NCBI GenBank assembly: GCA_051881635.1
Contig: JBJEQG010000057.1
Location: 1,695-65,694, forward strand
DNA length: 64,000 bases
From: Acutalibacteraceae bacterium
GTDB lineage: Bacteria > Bacillota > Clostridia > Oscillospirales > Acutalibacteraceae
Direction of reading: 5' to 3'
Numbering within the stretch: position 1 is the stretch's first letter; the number at the start of each line of letters is the position of its first letter. The position numbers were made by a program, and so were the translations under genes. Positions 47,501 through 57,086 of the stretch are shown piece by piece. The notes under the pieces are model-generated. The model had not been told where the DNA came from. It was given only the letters and a program-made list of their open reading frames with translations, and did not search any database.

Positions 47501-48436
47501 TCAATGATTATATTTTTTCTTTGCTGTAAAATTAACAAGGAAAATGCCGCCCGCAACCAAGATCAAAGAAATGAGGTTGATAACAGTAAAGGATTCTCCC
47601 AAGAATAACCCTGACCAAATTGTACCGAAAACAGGTGTCAAAAGGTTATAAACGCAAACATCACTGACATTATTGTGCAGTAAAAGCATTGTCCAAAGCA
47701 TAAAAGCAATTCCCGCCATAGCGGCAAGATAAATCAAATTGACAATCCCCATAATATTTTCCGTATTCAGATGTCCGCCGCCGATAAAACCGACAGCAAG
47801 CAAAACAAGACCGCCAAATAAAAGCTGCCACCCTGTCAGCATTATTGGATTTTTATTTTGCCCAACCTTTTTGCTTACAATGTTGCCTGTTGCACCGCAT
47901 AAATTCGACAGGATAACCAAACCATCTCCATATAGCGTAAAACTGAGCATATCGCTGCCGCTGAAATTTACCATAAAAATTCCGGATACACCGATAATAC
48001 AACCGCATATTTTTTGTAAACTCAGTTTATCCGACCTGAAAAGCAAAGGGGAAATTAACACAACCGCAAAGGTACTGACAGAGGTAAAGAGAGCGGATTT
48101 TGTTCCCGATATATACCCGATACCGATGTAAAAGAAAAGATATTGACAAATCGTTTGAAAAAAGCTGATGAAACCAATCGGCATCAAATCTTTTTTTGTC
48201 GGTTTCATTTCTTTGGGATTGATACAAAACCCGATAATAAGTACAATAATTCCCGCAAGTGCAAAACGAAACCCCGCAAAAATGAATTTGTCTATAATAT
48301 CGTCCGAGGCAATTTGGAATTGTTCATATCCGATTTTAACAAACGGAAAAGCCGTTCCCCATAATGCCGTACAAATAACCGCAATCAAAGCAACAACGGC
48401 TTTATTGCTGAGTTTGTCTTTTTTCCTGTTATCCAC
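47501..48436 (-). CDS. DMT superfamily (EamA-like) transporter
   Basis: Ten predicted TM helices in two EamA-like halves. GTG at 48436 with an AGGGA RBS fits the 22-nt gap after the upstream stop. The ORF itself extends to 48532. Confidence 0.8.
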   Translation of the reverse strand: MDNRKKDKLSNKAVVALIAVICTALWGTAFPFVKIGYEQFQIASDDIIDKFIFAGFRFALAGIIVLIIGFCINPKEMKPTKKDLMPIGFISFFQTICQYLFFYIGIGYISGTKSALFTSVSTFAVVLISPLLFRSDKLSLQKICGCIIGVSGIFMVNFSGSDMLSFTLYGDGLVILSNLCGATGNIVSKKVGQNKNPIMLTGWQLLFGGLVLLAVGFIGGGHLNTENIMGIVNLIYLAAMAGIAFMLWTMLLLHNNVSDVCVYNLLTPVFGTIWSGLFLGESFTVINLISLILVAGGIFLVNFTAKKKYNH

Positions 48437-48458
48437 TTTTAATCCCTGACTTTTGTAT

Positions 48459-50042
48459 TTATTTGTTTTTGTCCTGGTTGTTTTGTTCCGTTCCGAATTG
48501 TGTATCGAGAACCAAAACATTATTTTCATCACGCCGATAGGCTGTACCGTACGGGCTGTCTAATAATGGTATAATGCCCTTATCATAGTTGCAAATCGTA
48601 TTCAAATGATAAATGCCCATATTTTCCGGATTGCTCATATATTCCGGGGATTCATCGCCCGCAACAAACCGCCAGCCGCTGTCCTTTTCATTGTCAGGTT
48701 TTTCACGATACATAAAACCGATAGATTCTCCGTCAACCATAATGCGGTCTGTTGCAAAGCACCCAGCCGCCCCGTCCCATTCCAACAGAGGAACAATACA
48801 GCTTTTTGGAATAGCCCATTTTTTCTCCGCCTTGTCAGCAAAAAGACAGGGACGATTGGGGTCAAAAACAAAGGGATAGTAATCCAACAGTTTTTCGATT
48901 AAATCACCGGCACTGTTATCTATTTTATACATCAATTCTTCTTCATATAGAGGAATAGCCTGATAGAACCAAACGCACTCACCGTCGGGCAGAGTACATT
49001 GATAAGCGTCTGTTGGTACAGCGGCAACATTAGCGATAATAAAGCCGTTATAATCGGTATATTCCGAAAACGGGTTTCCGTTTGTAATGGTATGACCGGC
49101 TGAAAGCCATGTATCGTTCATCAGCGGAAACCGTGCTAATGTTTTCAGCTCATGGATAGGCCAGTAATCATGTTCATCGGCAGAATTTAAATTCCAATCC
49201 TTTGGAAAGTACATAACCAATTCCATACGGTTGTCGTTTTTGTTTTCGGGAACATTCATTTTAAAAGCCCCCATACCCATAGTTACAACTGTATAATAAT
49301 CTTTTTGTTCGTTTGGCGGGATAATTGCCAAATCTATATGAAGGTCGGGAGAAACAATCTCATGCAAAACACTTTCAAAATGTCCGAAACAGGTGTCAAT
49401 ATGATTTTCTATGCATTGTATTTCTTCATCTGTATATCGAAGATTTTGTGTATTTATATTTCCGAAATATTCTTTCCATAATTCAGGATTGATTTCTTTC
49501 AGTGTATTTTCCAATTCTGTACTGCGTTCAATTTTATCTAAATTACGATACATAACCGCACCCTGCAATAAAGCGTCCTCACATTCAGGGTCAATACGCA
49601 ATGCGTCCTCAATTTCATCAATGGCATCATCAGTCCGTCCCAATTCTTCATAGTTCATGGAAAGCCTTGTATGGTATATGGCATCGTCTTGTCCCTGGTC
49701 GCTGTATTCCTCTAAAATTTCAAAAGCTCTTTCACAGTCACCCATACTTGTGTAAGCAAGGGAGTATAGGAGCATAAGGTCATAATCCATACTTTCTTCT
49801 TCTAAGGCTTCAATATTACGGACGATTTTCGCATAATTTTGATGTTCCGCCAAAATCGGAATACCAATATCCATAAGATAGATTTTATAGCTTTCTCCAA
49901 TATTAAATAAATTTCTGTCGTTTAAATATTCAACCGCTTTTTCATAGTCATCATTATCCATAGCGTCTAAAAGGCGGTAAGCGTCCTCAAATCTGTCCTC
50001 TGCCAAATAATCGACTATGGATTGCAAGATTTCATTATCCAT
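48459..50042 (-). CDS. TPR repeat + SUFU-like + DUF2185 (Imm33-like) fusion protein, a putative polymorphic-toxin immunity-type protein
   Basis: N-terminal TPR-like repeats. Middle section HFESVLHEIVSPDLHIDLAIIPPNEQKDYYTVVTMGMGAFKM...ELVMYFPKDW...GHTI is the bacterial SUFU pattern. C-terminal FATDRIMVDGESIGFMYREKPDNEKDSGWRFVAGDE is the DUF2185 pattern. Confidence 0.65.
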   Translation of the reverse strand: MDNEILQSIVDYLAEDRFEDAYRLLDAMDNDDYEKAVEYLNDRNLFNIGESYKIYLMDIGIPILAEHQNYAKIVRNIEALEEESMDYDLMLLYSLAYTSMGDCERAFEILEEYSDQGQDDAIYHTRLSMNYEELGRTDDAIDEIEDALRIDPECEDALLQGAVMYRNLDKIERSTELENTLKEINPELWKEYFGNINTQNLRYTDEEIQCIENHIDTCFGHFESVLHEIVSPDLHIDLAIIPPNEQKDYYTVVTMGMGAFKMNVPENKNDNRMELVMYFPKDWNLNSADEHDYWPIHELKTLARFPLMNDTWLSAGHTITNGNPFSEYTDYNGFIIANVAAVPTDAYQCTLPDGECVWFYQAIPLYEEELMYKIDNSAGDLIEKLLDYYPFVFDPNRPCLFADKAEKKWAIPKSCIVPLLEWDGAAGCFATDRIMVDGESIGFMYREKPDNEKDSGWRFVAGDESPEYMSNPENMGIYHLNTICNYDKGIIPLLDSPYGTAYRRDENNVLVLDTQFGTEQNNQDKNK

Positions 50043-50085
50043 TTGTTCTCCTTACTTTATTCTATGTGTTAAAATATATACGCTC

Positions 50086-50114
50086 ATTATATCCCGAAAA
50101 AAATCCCCTGTCAA
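50086..50114 (-). promoter_or_regulatory. Perfect consensus sigma-A promoter (TTGACA-17-TATAAT) for the TPR-SUFU-DUF2185 gene
   Basis: The minus strand reads TTGACA ggggatttttttcggga TATAAT, about 45 nt upstream of the AAGGAG RBS and ATG. Confidence 0.8.
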
Positions 50115-50139
50115 CCAAGCGTTTTTCTTTCCAACCCGC

Positions 50140-50189
50140 TAAAAATATGCACCTCCAAAAGTGCAGAACTTTCGGGGTGCATATTTTTG
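50140..50189 (-). terminator. Terminator after the amidohydrolase gene (A/T tracts on both sides)
   Basis: ATATGCACC-N22-GGTGCATAT stem flanked by AAAAA and TTTTT. Confidence 0.65.
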
Positions 50190-50207
50190 TTGTGTGCTTT
50201 TACAGCA

Positions 50208-51026
50208 TTAAAAAGCAATCGGGATATTGAAAACCCGCAAAGCATTTTTGAAGAAAATATTTTCATAATCCTCAGTCGATACCAAACCTTTGAACTCATT
50301 GAAATACTGTTGATATAAAGAGCGGTCACCGGTACGGTTACAGAAATATGTATCCTTACCGTCAATCGGATTGTCACTGCCGAATAAAATGCGTTCACTG
50401 CCACAGCGTTTAATTGCCGCCAAAGTGCTTTCCACAGATACCCATGTTGTATCGCCGTATAAGTTTGGCTGTTGAGCCAGAAGGTCAATAGCTTCCTTGT
50501 TGTCAGTACCCAATCCCATGTGTGCCATAATAAATTTAACATAGGGATATTTTTGAGCCATGCGGAAAACACGCACGCAACTGTCCTCATCGCCATTACC
50601 TGTATGCGTGATAACGGGTAAATGATATTTTTGAGCGAGTTTGATGTATTCCTCTACTTGCGGAGCATCAAAGGCAATTTTTGAATGATACGGGTGTACC
50701 TTAATTGCCAAAATATCCGAGAGATTTTTCTCCAAAAGGTCTTGAAATTCTTGTGTTGCTCCCTCAGTAGCGGGTTTTACCCAAAGAGCCGCACCTATTT
50801 TATGCGGATTTTGGCGAACAAAAGCCAAAGTTTTTTCGATACATTCTCTTTGGGAGTGCTGTAATTCTTTTGGTATCGGTTTTTGGTTATGGTCAGCCTC
50901 AGCCGCCTCACTGTTGGAAACAATACTATAATCAATATGATACTTTTCCATAGAATAGAGAATACTTTCCTGTGGCATCTCAAAACCGATAAATGACCCA
51001 AAATGTACATGGGTATCAATAATCAT
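50208..51026 (-). CDS. Amidohydrolase-family metal-dependent hydrolase (TIM barrel)
   Basis: MIIDTHVHFG start and HMG/H..G histidines. GGGAGG RBS lies 7 nt before the ATG at 51026. Confidence 0.75.
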   Translation of the reverse strand: MIIDTHVHFGSFIGFEMPQESILYSMEKYHIDYSIVSNSEAAEADHNQKPIPKELQHSQRECIEKTLAFVRQNPHKIGAALWVKPATEGATQEFQDLLEKNLSDILAIKVHPYHSKIAFDAPQVEEYIKLAQKYHLPVITHTGNGDEDSCVRVFRMAQKYPYVKFIMAHMGLGTDNKEAIDLLAQQPNLYGDTTWVSVESTLAAIKRCGSERILFGSDNPIDGKDTYFCNRTGDRSLYQQYFNEFKGLVSTEDYENIFFKNALRVFNIPIAF

Positions 51027-51045
51027 AAATAACCCTCCCAAAAAC

Positions 51046-51501
51046 TTATTTTTCAGACATGAGTTTGTTCAATTCCTCCAAAAAAGTGGAAACATCTTTA
51101 AATTGGCGATATACAGAAGCAAAGCGGATATAAGCGACTTCGTCCACACTCTTCAATTCTTCAAGGGCATATTCGCCAACACGCTTTGAGGAAATTTCAC
51201 GCTCCATAGAACCTTGAATACGAGCCTCCACATGGTCTACCATTTCCTCAATTTTTTCAATCGAAACCGGTCTTTTCTCACACGCCCGCATAAAACCGTT
51301 AATTAGTTTTTGGCGTTCATATGGTTCACGGGAATTATCCCTCTTGATAACCATAATCGGCATGGTTTCCACGATTTCGTATGTTGTAAAGCGTTTGCCG
51401 CACTTTAAGCACTCACGGCGGCGGCGGATTTTTTGATTATCGTCCATAGGGCGGGAATCGATAACCTTGCTTTCAAAATAGGTGCAAAAAGGACACTTCA
51501 T
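51046..51501 (-). CDS. nrdR: Transcriptional repressor NrdR
   Basis: [18 protein letters not shown] zinc ribbon followed by an ATP-cone. Confidence 0.95.
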   Translation of the reverse strand: MKCPFCTYFESKVIDSRPMDDNQKIRRRRECLKCGKRFTTYEIVETMPIMVIKRDNSREPYERQKLINGFMRACEKRPVSIEKIEEMVDHVEARIQGSMEREISSKRVGEYALEELKSVDEVAYIRFASVYRQFKDVSTFLEELNKLMSEK

Positions 51502-51515
51502 TTTTGTTGCCTCCT

Positions 51516-52304
51516 TTACTTCATTGGCATAATGCCTTCGAGATAAATTTTGTTTTGTACAAGTTCCGATACGGTTTGAAAATTCTGTCTGTAAACCTCT
51601 ATAATGATATTGCCGTTATAATGTTGTCGGTTTAATTCCTCAAAGAAAAATTTAAAATCAAAACCGTTGTTGTCGGGCAGTCGACATTCACCCTGTACAA
51701 AGTCGCTGATATGGACATGACAAAGCCGTTCTCCCATAGCGGCTGAAATTTCAAGGGGAGAAAAACCCGATTTGATAGCTTGTTTTGTATCGCAGACAAA
51801 GCGGGCTTCTTCGGGAATAGCGTCAATCATACGCCGGATATTTTGGGGATTATCCGCAAAATGCCCATAAACATTTTCCTGCAAAAGCGTCACACCGTAT
51901 TGACGGGCGGTCTGTGCCAAAACGGCAAAGCGTTCAAAATACAATTTTTCGGGACACGCTCTCAAAAAGTCATTTCTTAATCCATGCAGAATGACATATT
52001 TTCCGCCCAAAATCCGCATGGTTTGGAAATAGTCCTCATATAATTTTACGCCGTCCCGAAATCGCCGTTCATATCCCGAAAATAGGAGATAGGATTCAAA
52101 AGATGAAGTGAAGGGGTGTAGGGAAATAACCTGTGTGCCATAAAAGGATAAATCCGTTTTCAGTTTTTGCAGATAATCTTCTTTCAATTCACTGAAAGTA
52201 TTGAAGAAAATTTCAATTTTTTTGAATCCAAGTTTTGCCAAAGTAAGGGCGGCATCTTCTGTCAGTTCAGGATAAAGACAGCCGGTTGAAATTCCGATTT
52301 CCAT
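51516..52304 (-). CDS. Sugar phosphate isomerase/epimerase (xylose isomerase-like TIM barrel)
   Basis: [11 protein letters not shown] start, LQENVYGH and HVHISD motifs. GGAGG RBS precedes the ATG at 52304. Confidence 0.7.
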   Translation of the reverse strand: MEIGISTGCLYPELTEDAALTLAKLGFKKIEIFFNTFSELKEDYLQKLKTDLSFYGTQVISLHPFTSSFESYLLFSGYERRFRDGVKLYEDYFQTMRILGGKYVILHGLRNDFLRACPEKLYFERFAVLAQTARQYGVTLLQENVYGHFADNPQNIRRMIDAIPEEARFVCDTKQAIKSGFSPLEISAAMGERLCHVHISDFVQGECRLPDNNGFDFKFFFEELNRQHYNGNIIIEVYRQNFQTVSELVQNKIYLEGIMPMK

Positions 52305-52396
52305 AGCGTCCTCCGCTTTTTGCATAAAATATATATTCTAAAAAAATATTATACTATTTTAGTTCAAAAATCAAGAAAAAAATATACAAAAAATTA

Positions 52397-52425
52397 TTGA
52401 CAAGTCTTATTTTTTATGATATTAT
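52397..52425 (+). promoter_or_regulatory. Strong promoter-like element on the plus strand (TTGACA-17-TGaTATTAT)
   Basis: Exact -35 at 52397-402, 17-nt spacer ending in TG-A, and -10 TATTAT at 52420-25. No plus-strand CDS follows. Confidence 0.45.
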
Positions 52426-52431
52426 ACAAAT

Positions 52432-52531
52432 AAAGAAATACATATTCATTTTAACTGATTATTCCTGTCCTTTTCATAATAATCTCCTCATAAAAACAAA
52501 AACCCGACAGTTTATGTCGGGTTTTTGTTTT
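52432..52531 (+). ncRNA. Candidate ~100-nt small RNA, defined only by a promoter plus a terminator
   Basis: The promoter above is followed ~70 nt later by the CCCGACA-GTTTA-TGTCGGG + T-tract terminator. There is no ATG-initiated ORF. An unpaired UCUCCUC (anti-SD-like) segment lies at 52483-89. Confidence 0.25.
52496..52531. terminator. Bidirectional Rho-independent terminator (serves coaX on the minus strand)
   Basis: AAAAACAAAAA-CCCGACA-GTTTA-TGTCGGG-TTTTTGTTTT: A-tract and T-tract flank a 7-bp GC-rich stem. Confidence 0.85.
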
Positions 52532-52579
52532 GCTGTTTTTTAAAATTGTAAAAAAGACATTAACATTAGTAAGCAGAAA

Positions 52580-53359
52580 TTATGAATTAAAAGAGGGTTT
52601 GTTTTTATCGTAAATGATTTTTAAACCCTTAATCAATAAATCATCGTCAAGAATGATTTTGTGCTTGCAGTGTGGAAGAATGGTTTGAGCCAAACCGCCT
52701 GTGGCTAAAACGGTTGCTTTTTCGCCGAGTTCATTTTCAAAGCGGTCAATCATACCGTCCGCCATAGCGGCATTCCCATAAATAATACCGCTTTTCATGC
52801 AATCGATTGTATTTTTGCCAATGGCTTTGACGGGAGCGTCCAGGCTAATTGCAGGAAGTTGTGAAGTTCTTTGCGTAAGTGAGTCCAAAGAAACTTTAAC
52901 CCCCGGATAAATGATACCGCCCAAATAGTTGCCGTTTTTGTCAATCGCACAAATTGTTGTTGCCGTTCCCATATCGAAAATAATCAGAGGTTTCGGGTAG
53001 AGTGTAACGGCGGCAACAGCACCAACTACAAGGTCACTGCCTAATTGCGACGGATTATCAATTTTTATGTTCAACCCTGTTTTTATTCCCGGACCAACAA
53101 CCAACGGAGTTAATTCCGTCAACATCTTGACTGAGCGTTTCAGAATGTTAATCAACGGCGGCACAACGGAAGAAATAATCGCACCGTCAAACACAGCGGC
53201 GGAAATATGATGAATTTCCAAAATGTTTTTGAAAATAACCGCATATTCGTCCTCTGTTTTTGTTCTGTCTGTTGAAAGACGGGCAACAAAATGGATTTTT
53301 TCGTCATCAATGCCGCCGACAACAATATTTGTATTGCCAATATCAATCGCCAAAATCAT
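52580..53359 (-). CDS. coaX: Type III pantothenate kinase CoaX
   Basis: MILAIDIGNTN start, DMGTATT and GGLA motifs. Confidence 0.93.
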   Translation of the reverse strand: MILAIDIGNTNIVVGGIDDEKIHFVARLSTDRTKTEDEYAVIFKNILEIHHISAAVFDGAIISSVVPPLINILKRSVKMLTELTPLVVGPGIKTGLNIKIDNPSQLGSDLVVGAVAAVTLYPKPLIIFDMGTATTICAIDKNGNYLGGIIYPGVKVSLDSLTQRTSQLPAISLDAPVKAIGKNTIDCMKSGIIYGNAAMADGMIDRFENELGEKATVLATGGLAQTILPHCKHKIILDDDLLIKGLKIIYDKNKPSFNS

Positions 53360-54237
53360 AATTTTGTGTTCCCCTTATCTTTAATATGTAAATCCAATTG
53401 ATTGTAAGGAATGGAAATGCCGTGTGCGTCAAAGCTCTTTTTCAGGTTTTCGTTCATTTCGGCGAGAACTTCCCAATAGTCCTCAGACTTACACCAAACA
53501 CGCACCATAAGGTTGACACTGCTTTCACCAAGATTATCGACAAGGACAGCGTTAGGACGGTCCTGTAAAACATTTTTTTGACTGTGGATTAAGTCCCAAG
53601 CAACTTTTTTTGCACGGTCAATGTCATCATCATAACTGATACCAATTTGAATATCAACACGACGGTCTTCCAAAACAAAATAGTTTGTAATGTTGTTGGA
53701 CATCAATCGGGAGTTTGGAATAATGATTTCCTTGTTGTCGTAGGTTTGCAAAATGGTGTGCATAATTTCGATTTTAACAACCTTGCCCTTTAAACCCTCA
53801 GTTTCAAGATAATCGCCAACCTTGAATTTCTTGTTTATGATAATTAAAGCACCGCTGGCGACATTGGATAAACTGTCTTTTAATGCCAGACCGATTGTAA
53901 CAACAGCGGCACTTAATGTAGCGATAACACTTGTCATATCAAAGCCGAGTGTTGAAACAACGGAAATGATAACAAGGATTTTCAATACAATATTCAGTAC
54001 TGAACGCAAAAATGTGGTCACTGTTTGGTCAGCTTTTGTTTTATTCATAGCTTTTACAAATAGCTTGCATATAAATTTTGAAAGCCACATTCCAAAGATA
54101 AAAATGATAATAGCGGCAATCAAATTCGGCAAAAAGCCCAAAAACCAATTCCAGAGTTCGGATAAACCCTTTTCCAATAGTGTAATTTGTTTTTGAATTT
54201 CCTCATTGTTTGCCTGATCCAGAAAATTCAATTTCAT
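53356..54237 (-). CDS. Mechanosensitive ion channel family protein (MscS-like)
   Basis: Three TM helices then a beta-domain: FKVGDYLETEGLKGKVVKIEIMHTILQTYDNKEIIIPNS. Confidence 0.9.
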   Translation of the reverse strand: MKLNFLDQANNEEIQKQITLLEKGLSELWNWFLGFLPNLIAAIIIFIFGMWLSKFICKLFVKAMNKTKADQTVTTFLRSVLNIVLKILVIISVVSTLGFDMTSVIATLSAAVVTIGLALKDSLSNVASGALIIINKKFKVGDYLETEGLKGKVVKIEIMHTILQTYDNKEIIIPNSRLMSNNITNYFVLEDRRVDIQIGISYDDDIDRAKKVAWDLIHSQKNVLQDRPNAVLVDNLGESSVNLMVRVWCKSEDYWEVLAEMNENLKKSFDAHGISIPYNQLDLHIKDKGNTKL

Positions 54238-54377
54238 CTTCTCCTTTACTTTATGTTTTCTAATTAGACCTGTTCAATAACCATAAAACAGTGTGCAAAC
54301 TGTGTTTGCCCTTAATTTTTGATAAGTTATCGAATAGAACTATTATATCATAAAGCTTTTTGAAGTACAGACAAAAA

Positions 54378-56888
54378 TTAAAAATCCTTTTTATTTTTTC
54401 TTTTGATTTTTTTGACAATCTCATACCACCCAACCGATACAATAGCCAATCCTAAAACCGAAATCAACTGAATGGGGGAGAGAACCGAAAGCATGAAGAA
54501 TGAGGAAAGCGGAGAATAGATGATAAGAGCAACTAACATAAGTGTTATAATTGCCGCACTCCACATGATTTTTTCGTGCCGTAAATGGTATATGGAATAG
54601 AAAATGGAATTGTATTCCGAACTGTTGACAAAAACCAAAAACAGATTGGAGAGAATTAAAAGGCTAAGTCCCATTGTTCGGGCAACAGGTGCGTTTCCTG
54701 TTTGTGAAAGTGTCCAGGCATAAACACCGAAAGTTGCCATTCCAATAACCAATCCCTGAATAACACCTTTTCCAAGAACGGAGAAATTCAATAAATTTTC
54801 CTTTGGATTTCTCGGCGGACGGGAAAGGATATTTTTTTCACAGGGCTGACGCTCTAAAACCACTGAACAGGTCGGGTCAATTAACAGTTCCAAAAGAACA
54901 ATATGTGCGGGCAGTAATAAAGCGTTTTCAGGACTAATGCCGAGAAGCGGAACAAGGAGAGCGGCAAGGGCAATCGGAATATGAATGGCAAAAATATAGC
55001 TGACAGCCTTGCGGATATTGTCGTAAATCCGCCGTCCGTCCTGTATGGTATCGACAATCGTTGAAAAATTATCGTCCATCAAAATAAGGTCGGCGGCCTC
55101 TTTGGAAACTTCACTTCCACGCTTGCCCATAGCAATACCGATGTCGGCATACTTCAAAGCCGGAGCGTCATTAACGCCGTCACCCGTCATGGCGGTAATT
55201 TCTCCATTATCTTTCAGAGCCTTGACAATACGCATTTTATGTTCAGGAACAACACGGGCAAAGATATTTGTATTTTTAACTGCCTCTTGAAGTTCTTCAT
55301 CACTCATACTGTCTATATCATGACCGCATAAAAAGTTTTGAGCATTCGGGATACCGATTTTTTCGGCAATGCTTGCAGCGGTTGTGCCGTTGTCGCCCGT
55401 AATCATAACAACACGGATACCCGCCTTTGTGCATTTTGAAATTTGCTTGTCAATATCGGGACGGGGCGGGTCAATCAATCCAACAAGCCCCAAAAAATGG
55501 AGGTGACAGTCTTTTATATCCTGTGGCGTATCGTCCGCATTTTCAAATCTTTGTTCTGCCACAGCCAAAACTCTTATGCCCTGCTTTGCCATTGATTCCA
55601 TTTGGGCTGTTATGGATTGCATTTGTTCGTCATTCAGTTCGCAAAGTTCGGCAACATTTTCAGGTGAACCTTTGACTGCAAGCTGAATTTTACCGTCTTT
55701 GAGCCACAAATGCCCCATCATTTTATTTTGATTGGAGAAAGCATATTCTTTAAGCAGTTCACCGTCAAAAAGTTGTGTGCGGTTTATACCCTGTTTTTCG
55801 CAATAGTCCAATATTGCCCTTTCCATAGGGTCATAAGCGTCAACCTCACAGGCCATACCCATAATTTCATTAAAATGTTGTTTGTCCTTTTGAAGCGTGT
55901 AAACGCTTTGTACAGTCATTTGGTTCATGGTTACTGTACCCGTTTTGTCCACACACAGAACTGAAACCGCACCCAAAGTTTCTACGGAAGCCAAACGGCG
56001 GATAAGTGCTTTTTTCTTTGCCAACCGTGCCGCACCCATAGAGAGAAAAACCGTCAGTACTACGGGAAATTCCTCAGGAATCATTGCCATAGCTAAGGTA
56101 ATGCCCGACAGGATACTTTGGACAAAGCGTTCTCCAAAGGGTAGTTCTCCCGAAGTTATCCATGTTGCTGCAAAAACCACAAGCATTAAACCGACTGCAA
56201 TCAATGAGCAAACCTTAACCAGTGAGGCAGTCTGTTTTTGGAGCGGTGTTTTTATGGATGGAGCGGTATTAAGCGTTTGACTGATTTGACCATACTTTGT
56301 TTCAAGTCCGATATGTTCCACTTCAACATAAGCCGTCCCTTGTGTGCATAGTGTTCCCGCATAGCAATAAGTAAGGCGGCTGTCAGTGTTTTCGTCACTG
56401 TAAGCGGATTTCCATACACTTTCAGCCTCACCCGTCATGGAAGACTCGTCAACGCAGAAATCATGACAAAAGACAATTTTTCCGTCAGCGGGGATTTTTA
56501 CGCCCTCCTGTACAATCATAATATCTTTTGGTACAAGCTCAGTGCTGGGGATAGTTGTTTCCATACCTTCCCGTATAACGGTGATTTGTGGTGCGGTCAA
56601 TGTTTTTAAGGCCTCTAAAGTGCGGTCTGTTTTCAGTTCCTGAAAGAATTCCAACGCAATCATAACAACAACAAAAACAGACATCAGGACAGCGTCTTTG
56701 AGTTCACCGAGCAGAAAGTAAATCAAAGCGGCGGCAAGCAAAAGCAGAAAAGCCGGTTCACAGAGCGTTTTCAGAATTTTTTTGAGAACCGTATTCTTTT
56801 TTTGCGGTGTTAAAATGTTTTCTCCGTACTTTTGGCGTTGCTTTTGAACTTCCTCGGCAGTCAGTCCACGAAAATTTTCAAGGGGCAT
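54378..56888 (-). CDS. Cation-translocating P-type ATPase (type II, Ca2+/Mn2+-ATPase-like)
   Basis: Cation-ATPase N-terminus (GLTAEEVQKQRQKYGEN), TGEAES, DKTGTVT, TGDNGTTA, GDGVNDAPALK. AGGAGG RBS lies 8 nt before the ATG at 56888. Confidence 0.92.
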   Translation of the reverse strand: MPLENFRGLTAEEVQKQRQKYGENILTPQKKNTVLKKILKTLCEPAFLLLLAAALIYFLLGELKDAVLMSVFVVVMIALEFFQELKTDRTLEALKTLTAPQITVIREGMETTIPSTELVPKDIMIVQEGVKIPADGKIVFCHDFCVDESSMTGEAESVWKSAYSDENTDSRLTYCYAGTLCTQGTAYVEVEHIGLETKYGQISQTLNTAPSIKTPLQKQTASLVKVCSLIAVGLMLVVFAATWITSGELPFGERFVQSILSGITLAMAMIPEEFPVVLTVFLSMGAARLAKKKALIRRLASVETLGAVSVLCVDKTGTVTMNQMTVQSVYTLQKDKQHFNEIMGMACEVDAYDPMERAILDYCEKQGINRTQLFDGELLKEYAFSNQNKMMGHLWLKDGKIQLAVKGSPENVAELCELNDEQMQSITAQMESMAKQGIRVLAVAEQRFENADDTPQDIKDCHLHFLGLVGLIDPPRPDIDKQISKCTKAGIRVVMITGDNGTTAASIAEKIGIPNAQNFLCGHDIDSMSDEELQEAVKNTNIFARVVPEHKMRIVKALKDNGEITAMTGDGVNDAPALKYADIGIAMGKRGSEVSKEAADLILMDDNFSTIVDTIQDGRRIYDNIRKAVSYIFAIHIPIALAALLVPLLGISPENALLLPAHIVLLELLIDPTCSVVLERQPCEKNILSRPPRNPKENLLNFSVLGKGVIQGLVIGMATFGVYAWTLSQTGNAPVARTMGLSLLILSNLFLVFVNSSEYNSIFYSIYHLRHEKIMWSAAIITLMLVALIIYSPLSSFFMLSVLSPIQLISVLGLAIVSVGWYEIVKKIKRKNKKDF

Positions 56889-57080
56889 GGATAATTCCTC
56901 CTGTAAAATATTGTAGGGCGAAAATAATAAAAAGCATCTGCGGAACAATAAAAAGACTGTCCCGCAGATGCTTTATTTTCTCATCTGCTGCCCGAGTGGG
57001 CCCGACCGCAGAAACGGTCTGCTCAGTTTGTACTGTATATTATTCGTTAAGGAATAAATCCGGCAGTGCAATACTCTCGC
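56889..57080 (-). promoter_or_regulatory. ~190-nt structured 5' leader of the P-type ATPase with terminator/antiterminator logic (riboswitch or attenuator candidate, class unassigned)
   Basis: Between the consensus promoter and the RBS lie several local hairpins (UUAUUC/GAAUAA, GACCG/CGGUC, GCCC/GGGC), then a terminator. The GCAGAUG upstream duplicates the 3' arm of the terminator and can pair with its 5' arm. Confidence 0.55.
56920..56975 (-). terminator. Leader terminator upstream of the ATPase start codon
   Basis: Minus strand: AAAGCAUCUGCGG-N18-CCGCAGAUGCUUU, a 13-bp stem followed by UUUUAUUAUUUU, about 30 nt before the RBS. Confidence 0.7.
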
Positions 57081-57086
57081 AAGCTC

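Noticed and set aside
52451-52477. Tiny minus-strand ORF MKRTGIIS with a perfect GAGGAG RBS 7 nt upstream, between the coaX terminator and the TIM-barrel gene.
   Set aside because: At eight codons it is too short to support from sequence alone. The RBS-like GAGGAG is the complement of the CUCCUC noted in the plus-strand sRNA candidate. It is worth re-examining only if ribosome profiling exists.
56889-57080. Assigning the ATPase leader to the yybP-ykoY (Mn2+) riboswitch class.
   Set aside because: Only two short partial matches to the conserved loops were seen. The flanking bases do not form the expected P1 helix. I kept it as an unclassified leader pending a covariance-model scan.
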